NCBI GenBank assembly: GCA_046757665.1
Contig: JBHHYO010000009.1
Coordinates: 1-63,683, forward strand
DNA from: Nitrospinales bacterium
GTDB lineage: Bacteria; Nitrospinota; Nitrospinia; Nitrospinales; JAJDAT01
Reading direction: 5' to 3'
Length of the DNA stretch: 63,683 nucleotides
The position numbers and the translations under genes were made by a program. The notes under the pieces are model-generated. The model was not told the DNA's origin and ran no database searches. It worked only from the letters and a program-made list of their open reading frames with translations. Positions within the stretch are counted from its first letter, which is position 1; each line of letters begins with the position of its first letter. Of this stretch, positions 19,520 through 28,597 are shown one piece after another.

Positions 19520-20242
19520 ATGAGAAGAAGCGACGGTCGCGCCGGCGACGAAATGCGCAAAATAAAGATCACGAAAAACTACATCTCCCATCCGCGAGGT
19601 TCCGTCCTCATGCAAATGGGGCATACGAAAGTCATCTGCACCGCCAGCGTGGAGGAAAAAGTGCCGCCCTTCATGCGCGGCGAGAACCGCGGCTGGGTCA
19701 CCGCCGAATACTCCATGCTCCCCGGCGCCACCCATACCCGCACGGTCCGCGAAGCCGCCCGCGGAAAACTTTCCGGAAGAACCCAGGAAATTCAGAGACT
19801 GGTGGGCCGCGCCATACGGGCCGTCACCGACCTGAAAGCCCTGGGCGAACGCACGGTCTGGCTCGACTGCGACGTCATTCAGGCGGACGGCGGCACCCGG
19901 TGCGCCTCCATCACCGGCGCCTTTGTCGCCTTCTGCCTTGCCCTGAAAGCCCTCAAAAAAGAAAAACTCATCGACACCCTCCCCATCAAGGATTTCGTCG
20001 CCGCCGTCAGTGTCGGACTCGTCGACGAAAAAAAACTCCTCGACCTGGACTATTCCGAGGATTCCACCGCCGGTGTGGATTTGAACGTCGTCAAAACCGC
20101 TTCCGGAAAATTCGTGGAAATCCAGGGCACCGCGGAGAGCCATCCCTTTGACGACAAACAACTGTCCGGGATGCTGGCCCTGGCGGATAAAGGCATCAAG
20201 GAACTCGTCGTCTCGCAAAAAAAGATCGTCGGCGCCTTTTGA
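19520..20242 (+). CDS. rph: Ribonuclease PH
   Basis: [47 protein letters not shown]. Confidence 0.97.
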   Translation: MRRSDGRAGDEMRKIKITKNYISHPRGSVLMQMGHTKVICTASVEEKVPPFMRGENRGWVTAEYSMLPGATHTRTVREAARGKLSGRTQEIQRLVGRAIRAVTDLKALGERTVWLDCDVIQADGGTRCASITGAFVAFCLALKALKKEKLIDTLPIKDFVAAVSVGLVDEKKLLDLDYSEDSTAGVDLNVVKTASGKFVEIQGTAESHPFDDKQLSGMLALADKGIKELVVSQKKIVGAF

Positions 20243-20249
20243 CCCGCTT

Positions 20250-20866
20250 GCCTGACCGAATCGCCCGCATCCGCCACCCGCTCGATTGCGCTTGACCTTG
20301 ATTGATCGCCGGATACGGGTCAGCCCATCCCACCCCGGCCCTGGGCCGGCCTGACCGGAGCCGGTTTTCGCGAAAAAAAATTTTTTAAAAAACGAGGAAC
20401 GAAATAGTCGAAACGTCAGGCCATAAAACCACCAACCCCTTGCGCCACAACCCGTTTTCCCGGTTGACGGTCAGGTAAAAAATCAACGAATTTCGCGGAA
20501 AACCGCAAAAAAACCGGATCGGATTTTGTCCTATATCTAATTGATTCCAAAATAGTTATAGAAACCAGTTTTGGCATGTCGAACCCCGCCGTTTGAAGAT
20601 TAAAATTTACCATGCCAAAATCACCACCGAGGCGCCGAGACACGGATTTCGCGGCGAGCGTTGCCCGCCTTGTCATGGTGGGCTTGTCGAACCATGACGT
20701 CCGACTGCGCTGTCTGGAGCTTGATCTCAGTCGAAAGTTTAGCCCTCTTCCCGCAGGCGTTGCCCGCCTCCATTTTTTTATCCCTTACATATAGCGCGAA
20801 ATGCAGGTATGCGATGGCGGAGGCCCATTTAATTCGGCGGGTTGAAAGACAAAGAGGGGTAGGTGT
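20250..20866. repeat. Dispersed non-coding modular element, copy 2 (inverted relative to copy 1)
   Basis: Reverse-complement match to 2-699 in three blocks; a 13-bp direct repeat GCGTTGCCCGCCT (20658-20670, 20757-20769) flanks part of its variable spacer. Confidence 0.9.
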
Positions 20867-20900
20867 GGCGCGGCAACCCATCGGGTCTGGTCAACCCCTG

Positions 20901-21507
20901 GTTCCCACGCTCTCAGGCTGTGTCACAACAGGATTAAAAAAAGCGGAGGTAGTGTTTTTTGAAAATATGGATTGGTCAAAACAGACGCCGTTCTTAATCC
21001 AACCTTTTTTCGACCCGATTAAGCGTTATCTTCGTTAACCGGGCCTGTTTTTTTAAACGATAGCTTAATGGATTACCCTACGGACAAACATAACAATCGT
21101 TATTCCGGTCGTAGCGAAACCGGTCGTTCGTATTGGCGTAGCCCGCATCTTACTACCGTCTACAAATAGCGTGTTGCCTTCGATTAAACCCAGCTTAAGG
21201 CACAACCGGGCGCATTGCTTGAGAACGTTTTTAAGGCCCTGGGAGTGATCCTTTCTGAAGCGCGCAATGGTTTTATGATCCGGCTTTAACCCGCCCATCA
21301 GCCACATAGCGGAAACAGTTGGCTTTGCCGACGGTCTCCATAGCGATAGGCCATAACATAGGTTCCTTATTCAGGGGGGGATTACAGGAGATCGCACCGA
21401 CTCAAGGCAAACATTGACGGAGCGGCGAGTGACCCTGGTTTAACTCAGCGACGCTTTGATATCAATTCATACCCGTCTATTGTGACACAGCCTGAGAGCG
21501 TGGGAAC
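20901..21507 (-). mobile_element. Internally deleted IS1182-like element within a REP-like palindrome
   Basis: Perfect 28-bp inverted repeats GTTCCCACGCTCTCAGGCTGTGTCACAA (20901-20928 / 21480-21507) enclosing a transposase fragment. Confidence 0.75.
21065..21307 (-). pseudogene. IS1182-family DDE transposase fragment
   Basis: WLMGGLKPDHKTIARFRK...LFVDGSKMRA matches the IS1182 W-L-x4-PDHxTIxxFR and first catalytic DG motifs; the rest is missing. Confidence 0.8.
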
Positions 21508-21520
21508 GAGGGGGAACAAT

Positions 21521-21745
21521 CGTCATTGCGAGGCGGCGGAGCCGACGAAGCAATCCAGAAAGGACCCATTCCCACCGGGCGTGGCCCGGCTGGATCGCCG
21601 CGCCGCCGGTGGCGGCTCGCGATGACGCCGGGGCGGCGAAGAGCGAAAAACGCAAAGGAAAATCCCCCAAACCCCCTGCCTTGAAGGGGGCTTTTCTGTG
21701 TTCATCTGTGTGCCCTTCGACAGACTCGGGGCAGGCATGGTTGCG
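21521..21745. repeat. Mosaic of REP-like repeats
   Basis: GTCATTGCGAG...GAAGCAATCC with inverted partner GGATCGCCGCG...CTCGCGATGAC; 21657-21745 is a direct, diverged copy of ~229-335. Confidence 0.75.
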
Positions 21746-21766
21746 GGTGATTCAGTCAGGTGTGCG

Positions 21767-22363
21767 TTAATTGGGGGCGACGTCGGATTCCCAGGTTTTG
21801 GGATGTTCGCCGCGGACGGCGTCTTTGTGGATGTCGTCGACGATGGTGCGCTCGGTTTTTTTCACGGCCTTTTTCTTGAGCGGCCGCAGTTCGCAGGTGA
21901 GAAGGATGTGATGCCCCAGAGGGGTTTGCACCGGCTTGGGGATTTTATGTTTTTCGGTTTTGCCGATAGCGTCGATCAGGGTCTGGTTGAGGACGTTTTT
22001 GTCGTGGATTTCCATGTTGTTGGAAATCCATGACAGGTCGCCGCCCAGGACGCGGCTGGGGCAGGCGCTGTATTTTTTTGCCAGCCGGTCAAAGAAGTTT
22101 TCAACTTTTTGCTGGTCGAGGAACTCCTTGTCGGGGTCGTCCATCGGTTTTTCCGCCAGGGTCTTTTGGAAATCCAGGATCGTTTGCCGCACCAGTTCCG
22201 CGGCTTCGCGCGAGGACAGGCGGATGTGGCGGACGCGGCGCTCCAGCGGCTGGTCGGTTTTGAAAACCGCCTTCTTGGCAACGAACTTTTTCCTCGGTTT
22301 AATGACCGGGATCGCGGGTTTGGATTCTTTCGCGGATTCGCTTTCAGCCATGAGATATTCCAT
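21767..22363 (-). CDS. Parvulin/PpiC-like peptidyl-prolyl isomerase domain protein
   Basis: VRHI, FDRLAKKYSACPS...GGDLSWI, PVQTPLGHHIL. Confidence 0.75.
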   Translation of the reverse strand: MEYLMAESESAKESKPAIPVIKPRKKFVAKKAVFKTDQPLERRVRHIRLSSREAAELVRQTILDFQKTLAEKPMDDPDKEFLDQQKVENFFDRLAKKYSACPSRVLGGDLSWISNNMEIHDKNVLNQTLIDAIGKTEKHKIPKPVQTPLGHHILLTCELRPLKKKAVKKTERTIVDDIHKDAVRGEHPKTWESDVAPN

Positions 22364-22412
22364 GTCAAAAGATGATGAATCAAGTATAGCAATTTTCGGG
22401 ATGAACCGGCAC

Positions 22413-23279
22413 CTATTTCGCTGAGTTGGGCGGCGCGGTTTCTTCCGGCATCAGCGATTCCAGATAGTCGATGACGCCGAAGGTGTCGTTGCCGCCGATG
22501 ACCTGATGCGCGGCCCGCTTGACCTCCGGCAGGGCGTTTTCGACGGCGATGGCCCGGCCGGCGATTTTGAACATTTCCAGATCGTTCAGGTAATCGCCGA
22601 ACACCACGGTTTTGGCGAGCGGGATTTGTGCATGTTCGGCAAGTTGTTCGACCATCCGGCCCTTGTTGGCGCTACGGTGAAACACCTGCAACCAGTAATG
22701 CCCGCGAACGGCAATGTCCTCGGCGAAGTACAGGTTGAGGTCCGCGGGATACTTTTCTTTCAGGGCGAGGTACAGCGGTTCCAGCACGGCGCGGCTGTCG
22801 ATGAACAACGAGCCCGAGATATCCTCCGATTTCAGGAAATCGTAATGGGACACGCGCTGGAGGCGTCCGTTGCCGCCCTGTTCGCGGACGTAGTTTTGTG
22901 ATCCGGGGTTGGTGACGCCGCGGAAGTAAACGCGGTTGGCCTGATTGAAAATGAAGGGATCGACGCCCATCGACCCGGCCAGGTCGATGAGGTCCGCAAC
23001 GATGTGGCGGGGAATAAACCGCGACAGGCGAATGTTGCGTCCGCTGTGAAACTCGGTGAGATAAACGCCGTTAAACAGAACAACCGGCAGGTTCAGGTTC
23101 AAGGCTTGCAACAGGGGATAGGCGGCGTCGTAATTTCTGGCGGTGGCGATGGAAAACATCAGGCCCCGGTCGATCAGCCGGTTCAGGCGGGCCGCCGCCG
23201 CGTCGGGAAAACCGCCGCCCGGCGTCAGCAGGGTGCCGTCGAGATCGGAGATGTACAGGTAGTTTTTCGGGTCGGGCAT
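22413..23279 (-). CDS. Cof-type HAD hydrolase (subfamily IIB)
   Basis: ISDLDGTLL, IATAR, ANKG, FGDYLNDLEMF, AVENA. Confidence 0.9.
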   Translation of the reverse strand: MPDPKNYLYISDLDGTLLTPGGGFPDAAAARLNRLIDRGLMFSIATARNYDAAYPLLQALNLNLPVVLFNGVYLTEFHSGRNIRLSRFIPRHIVADLIDLAGSMGVDPFIFNQANRVYFRGVTNPGSQNYVREQGGNGRLQRVSHYDFLKSEDISGSLFIDSRAVLEPLYLALKEKYPADLNLYFAEDIAVRGHYWLQVFHRSANKGRMVEQLAEHAQIPLAKTVVFGDYLNDLEMFKIAGRAIAVENALPEVKRAAHQVIGGNDTFGVIDYLESLMPEETAPPNSAK

Positions 23280-23553
23280 GGGTCGCTGCGGATTGACGGT
23301 TGCGAATTTCCGGTTTTTGGCAAAGCCTTTTGATCCATGGTATATTAGCTTTTCCTTGTTCAGCAAATCATTTTCCTGGCCGGGTCGAAAACGGGCATGT
23401 GTTTGTAAGGAAAAGCGGCGCGGTGCGACAAAATGAGCGGGCTTATCGAAGCACAAAAGGAGGTTCTTGCCGGGCTTTTTCAGCCGACTGTTGAATAGGG
23501 AATTCTGGGAAAAGTGGTTTAACTCATTTCATCATGAAAAAGGAGGGGAAGTT

Positions 23554-24645
23554 ATGAAACGTTTTTTCGGGTGGCAAGCGGTTGCCATTATAACGGTGAT
23601 GTTTGTTTTCGCGAGCGTGGATTCCGGGATCGGCTCGCAAGCCAATGCGGGTTCACTGCCCGACACAGGACTGGGTAGCTACACGAGAGCCCATGCCATG
23701 AATCCTTCACCGCCTGACCGTGTCGGCGGCCCGCTGGAAATCAAGGTATCTTTAAAGGGAGGCTCAACCCGATGGGCGCAACCTGGCCCGCGCGCAATGG
23801 ATCCAGCCGTCTTTGGAACTCCCAATCATCCGCTCGGCTGGGAAAAAACGCCTTTTCCGCTGGTGGGGATTCCTCCCGAAATGCGCCAGCAAATGGACGG
23901 GGCTTATTCGATTGTCGATCACGCAACCCCCTTCAGCGACTGGTTGCCCGTAGGTAAAGGCGACCTGGAGATGACTCTTATTGATGCGACCGCTATTGAC
24001 GGCTCCCGAACGAAGGACAAGGTTTCCTTTGTGGCGTCTTTCGAGGCTCCGGACAAGTCGCATACTTACAGGGTCGAGGCCAATATGGCGTTGCCGCACG
24101 GCAAGTTCTTCCCGACCTTTGGCGGCGTGGTGACCGATCACCTGTTGCATGGCGTGACCGGCCTGGGTACCCGGCTGATGCCGACAGAGTACACTTATGT
24201 GGCATTCTGGGCCAAGGGCAAGGTTTTCGTCGACGGCAAATTGACCAACGACAATCATCTGGTCCATATGATGATCACCGAGGGCGTACGCAAAAAAGGC
24301 GGGTTGCAATTTGACAGTGGAGTCAATGGGGTCGGCAGGGTTTTGCATCTGATGGTGCCGCCTTACAAACTGGGGCCAAAGGGTCCTGAAAAGTCTCCTC
24401 TCAAGACGGGCTACCTGCCGTTTCCCATGGTTCAAAAACGGATGATGGCGATCAAGGAGAAAATTATGGGAATGCCCGCCGGCCCGCAGAAGAAAAAGAT
24501 GATGGCTCGGATGATGGTGACGAAAAACCTCATGATGCACACCAAGGAACATGTGATGAAAGCAATGAAAGCCGGCAAAATGTTCGGTCAGCCCTTTCTT
24601 CACGTGATGTTCGGCAACCCGGATATTCGAGTCACACATAAGTAA
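23554..24645 (+). CDS. Exported hypothetical protein, His-motif-rich with a Met-rich segment
   Basis: AGGAGG RBS, signal peptide, motifs PHGKFFPTFGGVVTDHLLHG, HLVHMM, LHLMVPP and QPFLHVMF; 14 Met in 52 residues near the C-terminus. Confidence 0.8.
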   Translation: MKRFFGWQAVAIITVMFVFASVDSGIGSQANAGSLPDTGLGSYTRAHAMNPSPPDRVGGPLEIKVSLKGGSTRWAQPGPRAMDPAVFGTPNHPLGWEKTPFPLVGIPPEMRQQMDGAYSIVDHATPFSDWLPVGKGDLEMTLIDATAIDGSRTKDKVSFVASFEAPDKSHTYRVEANMALPHGKFFPTFGGVVTDHLLHGVTGLGTRLMPTEYTYVAFWAKGKVFVDGKLTNDNHLVHMMITEGVRKKGGLQFDSGVNGVGRVLHLMVPPYKLGPKGPEKSPLKTGYLPFPMVQKRMMAIKEKIMGMPAGPQKKKMMARMMVTKNLMMHTKEHVMKAMKAGKMFGQPFLHVMFGNPDIRVTHK

Positions 24646-24656
24646 AAAATGAACCG

Positions 24657-24685
24657 GTTGAGCGTCGCTGAAGAGCGGCGCTCAA
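24657..24685 (+). terminator. Strong intergenic stem-loop (stabiliser or partial terminator)
   Basis: GTTGAGCGTCGCT-loop-AGCGGCGCTCAAC with no U-tract. Confidence 0.55.
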
Positions 24686-24746
24686 CTCAAAACTATACAA
24701 ATCGGCAGGAGTGAATACTGTTTGTGTAGTGAAAGGAGGATGCCGG

Positions 24747-25121
24747 GTGAGTAAGGTGAATTACAAATGGGGCTGTCATGTTGTCCTGGTCGCTGTTCTT
24801 TTAGCCTTTGCGGCATGGCCAATGGGTTTGTTGGCTGATGAAGGCGCTGTTGTGGTTGTGGAACGCGATACCTCATATAATCCCGACACGATAACGGTCC
24901 ATCTCGGCCAGGTACTGGAAGTGCGTAACCGGGACGAGTTCTGGCACAGTTCTCTCATCAGTAAGGTTGATGAGAACGGCTTCGAGACAGAGAAAGTATT
25001 CAAAAAACGCCGGGATCGGCGCGGCGGAGAGTGGCGGTACACCTTTAAAGAGCCTGGTAAGTACGTCATCCGTTGCACGAACCATGATGGCATGTCCGCG
25101 GACATTGAGGTCGTTGGTTAG
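24747..25121 (+). CDS. Exported cupredoxin (plastocyanin/amicyanin-like blue copper protein)
   Basis: Signal peptide, YNPDTITV..G, NRDEFWHS, FKEPGKYVIRCTNHDGM (type-1 Cu ligands H, C, H, M); GTG start after AGGAGG. Confidence 0.85.
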   Translation: MSKVNYKWGCHVVLVAVLLAFAAWPMGLLADEGAVVVVERDTSYNPDTITVHLGQVLEVRNRDEFWHSSLISKVDENGFETEKVFKKRRDRRGGEWRYTFKEPGKYVIRCTNHDGMSADIEVVG

Positions 25122-25184
25122 TCGAAATCCATTCATTAAATTGTTAGCGACAGCGGCCCGTCCGGAATTACCTGGGAGAGAGAT

Positions 25185-26213
25185 ATGAAGTTTCTTGTCA
25201 GGCCCTTGACGGGGTTGCTGGTGTTAACGCTAATCCTCGCATACGCAGAACGTTCCCACGCCAAGGCGGCGCCTCTGGTCTCCGTCAAGGTGGACGCCCC
25301 GCCCAAACTCGATGGCAGTGGGGCGGATGCCGTGTGGCGGAAGGCCAAGCCGCTGACGGCACAGGCGGAAGACGGGCCGGAAATAAATATCCGGAGCGTT
25401 TACACCAGGGACAGGCTCTACTTTCTCATCTCCTGGAAAGACGCCACCGAATCCATCAATATGGACAAGTGGGTTTATGACGGGAGCCATTGGGGCATCA
25501 AGCAGGAGATCCGCTGGGAAGATGAAGACCCCTGGGAGGCGGATTCGGATCGCCTGTGTTTCCAGTGGCCCATACGGGACGATGAGTTGATCCGCAAATT
25601 CGCCGAGAAAGGGTGCGCGACGCTCTGCCACAAACCCAACAAGACAAACAAGATGTTCACCTCGACGCCGAACCAGCTCTCGGATATATGGCAGTGGAAG
25701 GCGTCCCTGACCAATCCCCTGGGCTATGCCGAAGGTGGTTTTCTGGATCATACAAACCTTTCCAGGGAAGAGGAGCCGGATGCCGACAAGAGGATCAACG
25801 CCGCGCACAAGTGGGACGACCTCGGCCCCGGTGGGTTGAATTATGTCCGCAACAAGGAAGGCGAAGGACCCAAATGGATGTCCGGGGTTTCTTTGCAGGA
25901 CCCTTTTCTCGTCAAGGGCAACGAGGTTCCTCTCGACATGTCGAAGATCAAAAAAGGCGATACCGTTCCCGGTTGGGTGTTGGCCAGGCCCAGGGGTAGC
26001 CGGAGCGATATAGACGCCGCGGCAAAGTATGACAAGGATGAAGAAATGTGGGTTTTGGAACTGAGCCGGAAACTGGCGACCGATGACAAAGCGCATGATG
26101 TGCAGTTTGACGACCTCTCCAAAACCTACTACTTTGGTATAGCCGTCTGGGAAAACGACCGGCTCTATGGCCATACGAGAGTCAAAAAACCTTTCGGCCT
26201 GACGTTTCAATAG
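25185..26213 (+). CDS. Exported EbdC/ethylbenzene-dehydrogenase-related heme protein with CX3CH motif
   Basis: PKLDG..D.VW..A, LYFLISWKD, DRLCFQW, GCATLCH, DIWQWK, WVLELSRKL...DVQF...YYFGIAVW. Confidence 0.75.
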   Translation: MKFLVRPLTGLLVLTLILAYAERSHAKAAPLVSVKVDAPPKLDGSGADAVWRKAKPLTAQAEDGPEINIRSVYTRDRLYFLISWKDATESINMDKWVYDGSHWGIKQEIRWEDEDPWEADSDRLCFQWPIRDDELIRKFAEKGCATLCHKPNKTNKMFTSTPNQLSDIWQWKASLTNPLGYAEGGFLDHTNLSREEEPDADKRINAAHKWDDLGPGGLNYVRNKEGEGPKWMSGVSLQDPFLVKGNEVPLDMSKIKKGDTVPGWVLARPRGSRSDIDAAAKYDKDEEMWVLELSRKLATDDKAHDVQFDDLSKTYYFGIAVWENDRLYGHTRVKKPFGLTFQ

Positions 26214-26477
26214 CGATCGCACTTCCGCGGGAAATCCCTTTTCCCGATTGAATATTTTGTCCCCGCACGGTATCCTTTTTACAGGACGCAGGTAAGCCAA
26301 TTGAACCATGCCAGCTTGTTGAGCGGTGGTGTTTTGAGCCCGTTCTGCAAGCTTTTTTTTCTTCCGGACCGACAAGTGAAGACAACAACCTTTTCCATTG
26401 AAACGTTTTTTTGCGGGTCGAAACGCCGGAGAGCCGCCGGGGCTTTTCGGTTATTTTGGCGGTGTGGAGTTTGCGCG

Positions 26478-27302
26478 ATGTTTTGCGCCCTGGTTTGGGC
26501 ACTGCCGGCATCGGCGGCGACGTTCGATTTCTCCGCCTGGGACGCGATGCTGAAAAAATACGTCGCTCCCAAGACGATTTCCGGCATTCCGCTGAATGCC
26601 GTTGCCTACCGGGAAATCAAGGACGACCCGGAGTTCAGGAAACTGATTGCCCAACTGGCAAAGTTTCCGCCGGAACGGCTGGAAACCCGCGAAGAAGAAC
26701 TGTCCTTCTGGATAAACGTTTACAACATCATGGCGGTGAAAATGGTTGTTGACCATTATCCCGTCAGGAGCATCAGGGTCGTGGGAAGTTTGCTGGAGGA
26801 AGTGGAAGGTTTGCTGGAAAAAATGGGAAAACTGGCGCCGAAGGCGAAGCAGTTATTGTTGCAACTGGAAGGTTTTGCGCCGAAGGTTTGGAACATGCCG
26901 GTAGGGTTTGTGGGGGGCAGGGAACAGACCCTGAATGCGATTGAACATGAAATTCTTCGCAAAATGGGTGAGCCGCGGATTCACGTGGCCATTGTTTGCG
27001 CTTCCGTGAGTTGTCCGGACATTTTGAGGGATGCGTACACGCCCGAATCGCTTGATTCACAGCTCACCGGACAGATGAAACATTTTCTGCAAAACCCGGG
27101 CAAGGGGATGAGGATCGACCGGGAAAACGGACGGCTGTACCTGTCTTCCCTGTTCAAGTGGTTCGGCGATGATTTCAAGTCTCATGGAGGCGTGTTGTCG
27201 TTTATTGCCAATTATGTGTCTCCCGAACAGCAAAAACTCCTTCAATCCAGAAAATGGGAAATAGTTTATATGGATTACGACTGGAGTTTGAACGAACTGT
27301 AA
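26478..27302 (+). CDS. DUF547-domain exported protein
   Basis: WDAMLKKYV, FWINVYN, LNAIEHEILR, EPRIHVAIVCASVSCP, LSSLFKWFGDDF, YDWSLN; start uncertain. Confidence 0.88.
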   Translation: MFCALVWALPASAATFDFSAWDAMLKKYVAPKTISGIPLNAVAYREIKDDPEFRKLIAQLAKFPPERLETREEELSFWINVYNIMAVKMVVDHYPVRSIRVVGSLLEEVEGLLEKMGKLAPKAKQLLLQLEGFAPKVWNMPVGFVGGREQTLNAIEHEILRKMGEPRIHVAIVCASVSCPDILRDAYTPESLDSQLTGQMKHFLQNPGKGMRIDRENGRLYLSSLFKWFGDDFKSHGGVLSFIANYVSPEQQKLLQSRKWEIVYMDYDWSLNEL

Positions 27303-27427
27303 TATTGGGAACGCTGGGCGGCGGTCCGGGAACAGGCGGTCCGGGAACAGGATGAAAAGCGATCGAATTTTTCGGCGGGCCGGACATTTAATTTTGCTCG
27401 CCTCGGCACGTCGGAAAGTTTTTCCGG

Positions 27428-28585
27428 TTAATCGGCATGTTTTCTTAAAAAAGTCGGGATATCAAAATCCACCGCCACGGGATAAGAGTTTACGGGCATT
27501 TCTCCTTTCAGCGAATTGGCCAGGACTTTCAAGTTCTCCGGATCGGGTTCGATGACAACGGGTTTTTTGTCCTGGGGTTTTTCGGTGATTTTCTGCATGA
27601 TGGTTTTGCTGGTTTGCTCTTCGGCTTTTTCATAGCCGGTGGCGATGACGGTAACGCGGACATCGCCTTCCAGGGATTTGTCGATCACCGCGCCGAAAAT
27701 GATATGCGCGTCTTCGTGGGCGTTCTTCTGAATTAACTCGGCGGCCTCGCTTGCTTCATGCAGGGTCAGGTCCTCTCCGCCGGTGATGTTGATCAGCAGG
27801 CCGCGGGCGCCGTCCACGGTGGCGTCGTCCAGAAGGGGGCTGGAGATAGCGTTTTGCGCGGCCTCTACGGCCCGGTTCTCGCCGGAGGCGATTCCGGAAC
27901 CCATTAGCGCCTTGCCCATGTTGGACATGATCGTGTTGACGTCGGCGAAGTCCAGGTTGATCATTCCGGGAATGACGATCAAGTCGGAGATACTGCAAAC
28001 CGCTTTTTGCAGGACGTCATCGACGGCGGCGAACGCCTGGGTGAAGGAGGTTTGCTTGCCGATAAAGCTCAGCAATTTCTGGTTGGGGATGACAATTAGC
28101 GTGTCCACGGCTTCTTTCAGTTCCTGAAGGCCTTCCTCGGCCTGCGTTTGCCGTCTTTTCCCTTCAAAGACGAAGGGGCGGGTGACGACGCCGACGGATA
28201 GGGCGCCGGTTTCCTTGGCGATTCTGGCGATGACCGGGGACGCACCGGTGCCGGTGCCGCCGCCCATGCCGGCGGTGATGAAAACCATGTCTGCGCCGGA
28301 CAGCATGTCGCGCAGTTGATCTTCATTTTCCTCGGCGGCCCGGCGGCCCACTTCCGGGTTGGAGCCGGCTCCCAGTCCTTTGGTCTGGCTACCGCCGATC
28401 TGAAGTTTGTGGGGGCAGTTGGACATCTCCAGGGATTGCATATCGGTGTTGGCGACGATGAACTCCACGCCCATGATTTTGGCGCTCACCATGGAGTTTA
28501 CCGCGTTGGTTCCGCCACCGCCCACACCGATGACCTTGATGCAGGCAGAATATTCGTTGTCGGTTTCAAATTCGATCAGACTCAT
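27428..28585 (-). CDS. ftsZ: Cell division protein FtsZ
   Basis: [24 protein letters not shown]-terminal DIPTFLRK. Confidence 0.99.
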   Translation of the reverse strand: MSLIEFETDNEYSACIKVIGVGGGGTNAVNSMVSAKIMGVEFIVANTDMQSLEMSNCPHKLQIGGSQTKGLGAGSNPEVGRRAAEENEDQLRDMLSGADMVFITAGMGGGTGTGASPVIARIAKETGALSVGVVTRPFVFEGKRRQTQAEEGLQELKEAVDTLIVIPNQKLLSFIGKQTSFTQAFAAVDDVLQKAVCSISDLIVIPGMINLDFADVNTIMSNMGKALMGSGIASGENRAVEAAQNAISSPLLDDATVDGARGLLINITGGEDLTLHEASEAAELIQKNAHEDAHIIFGAVIDKSLEGDVRVTVIATGYEKAEEQTSKTIMQKITEKPQDKKPVVIEPDPENLKVLANSLKGEMPVNSYPVAVDFDIPTFLRKHAD

Positions 28586-28597
28586 GGTTTTCCTCCA

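Noticed and set aside
2-20866. Composite transposon or genomic island bounded by the inverted copies
   Set aside because: The enclosed genes are mostly core (comEC, rsmE, scpA, pyrD, rph), there is no integrase or intact transposase, and the copies are clearly diverged.
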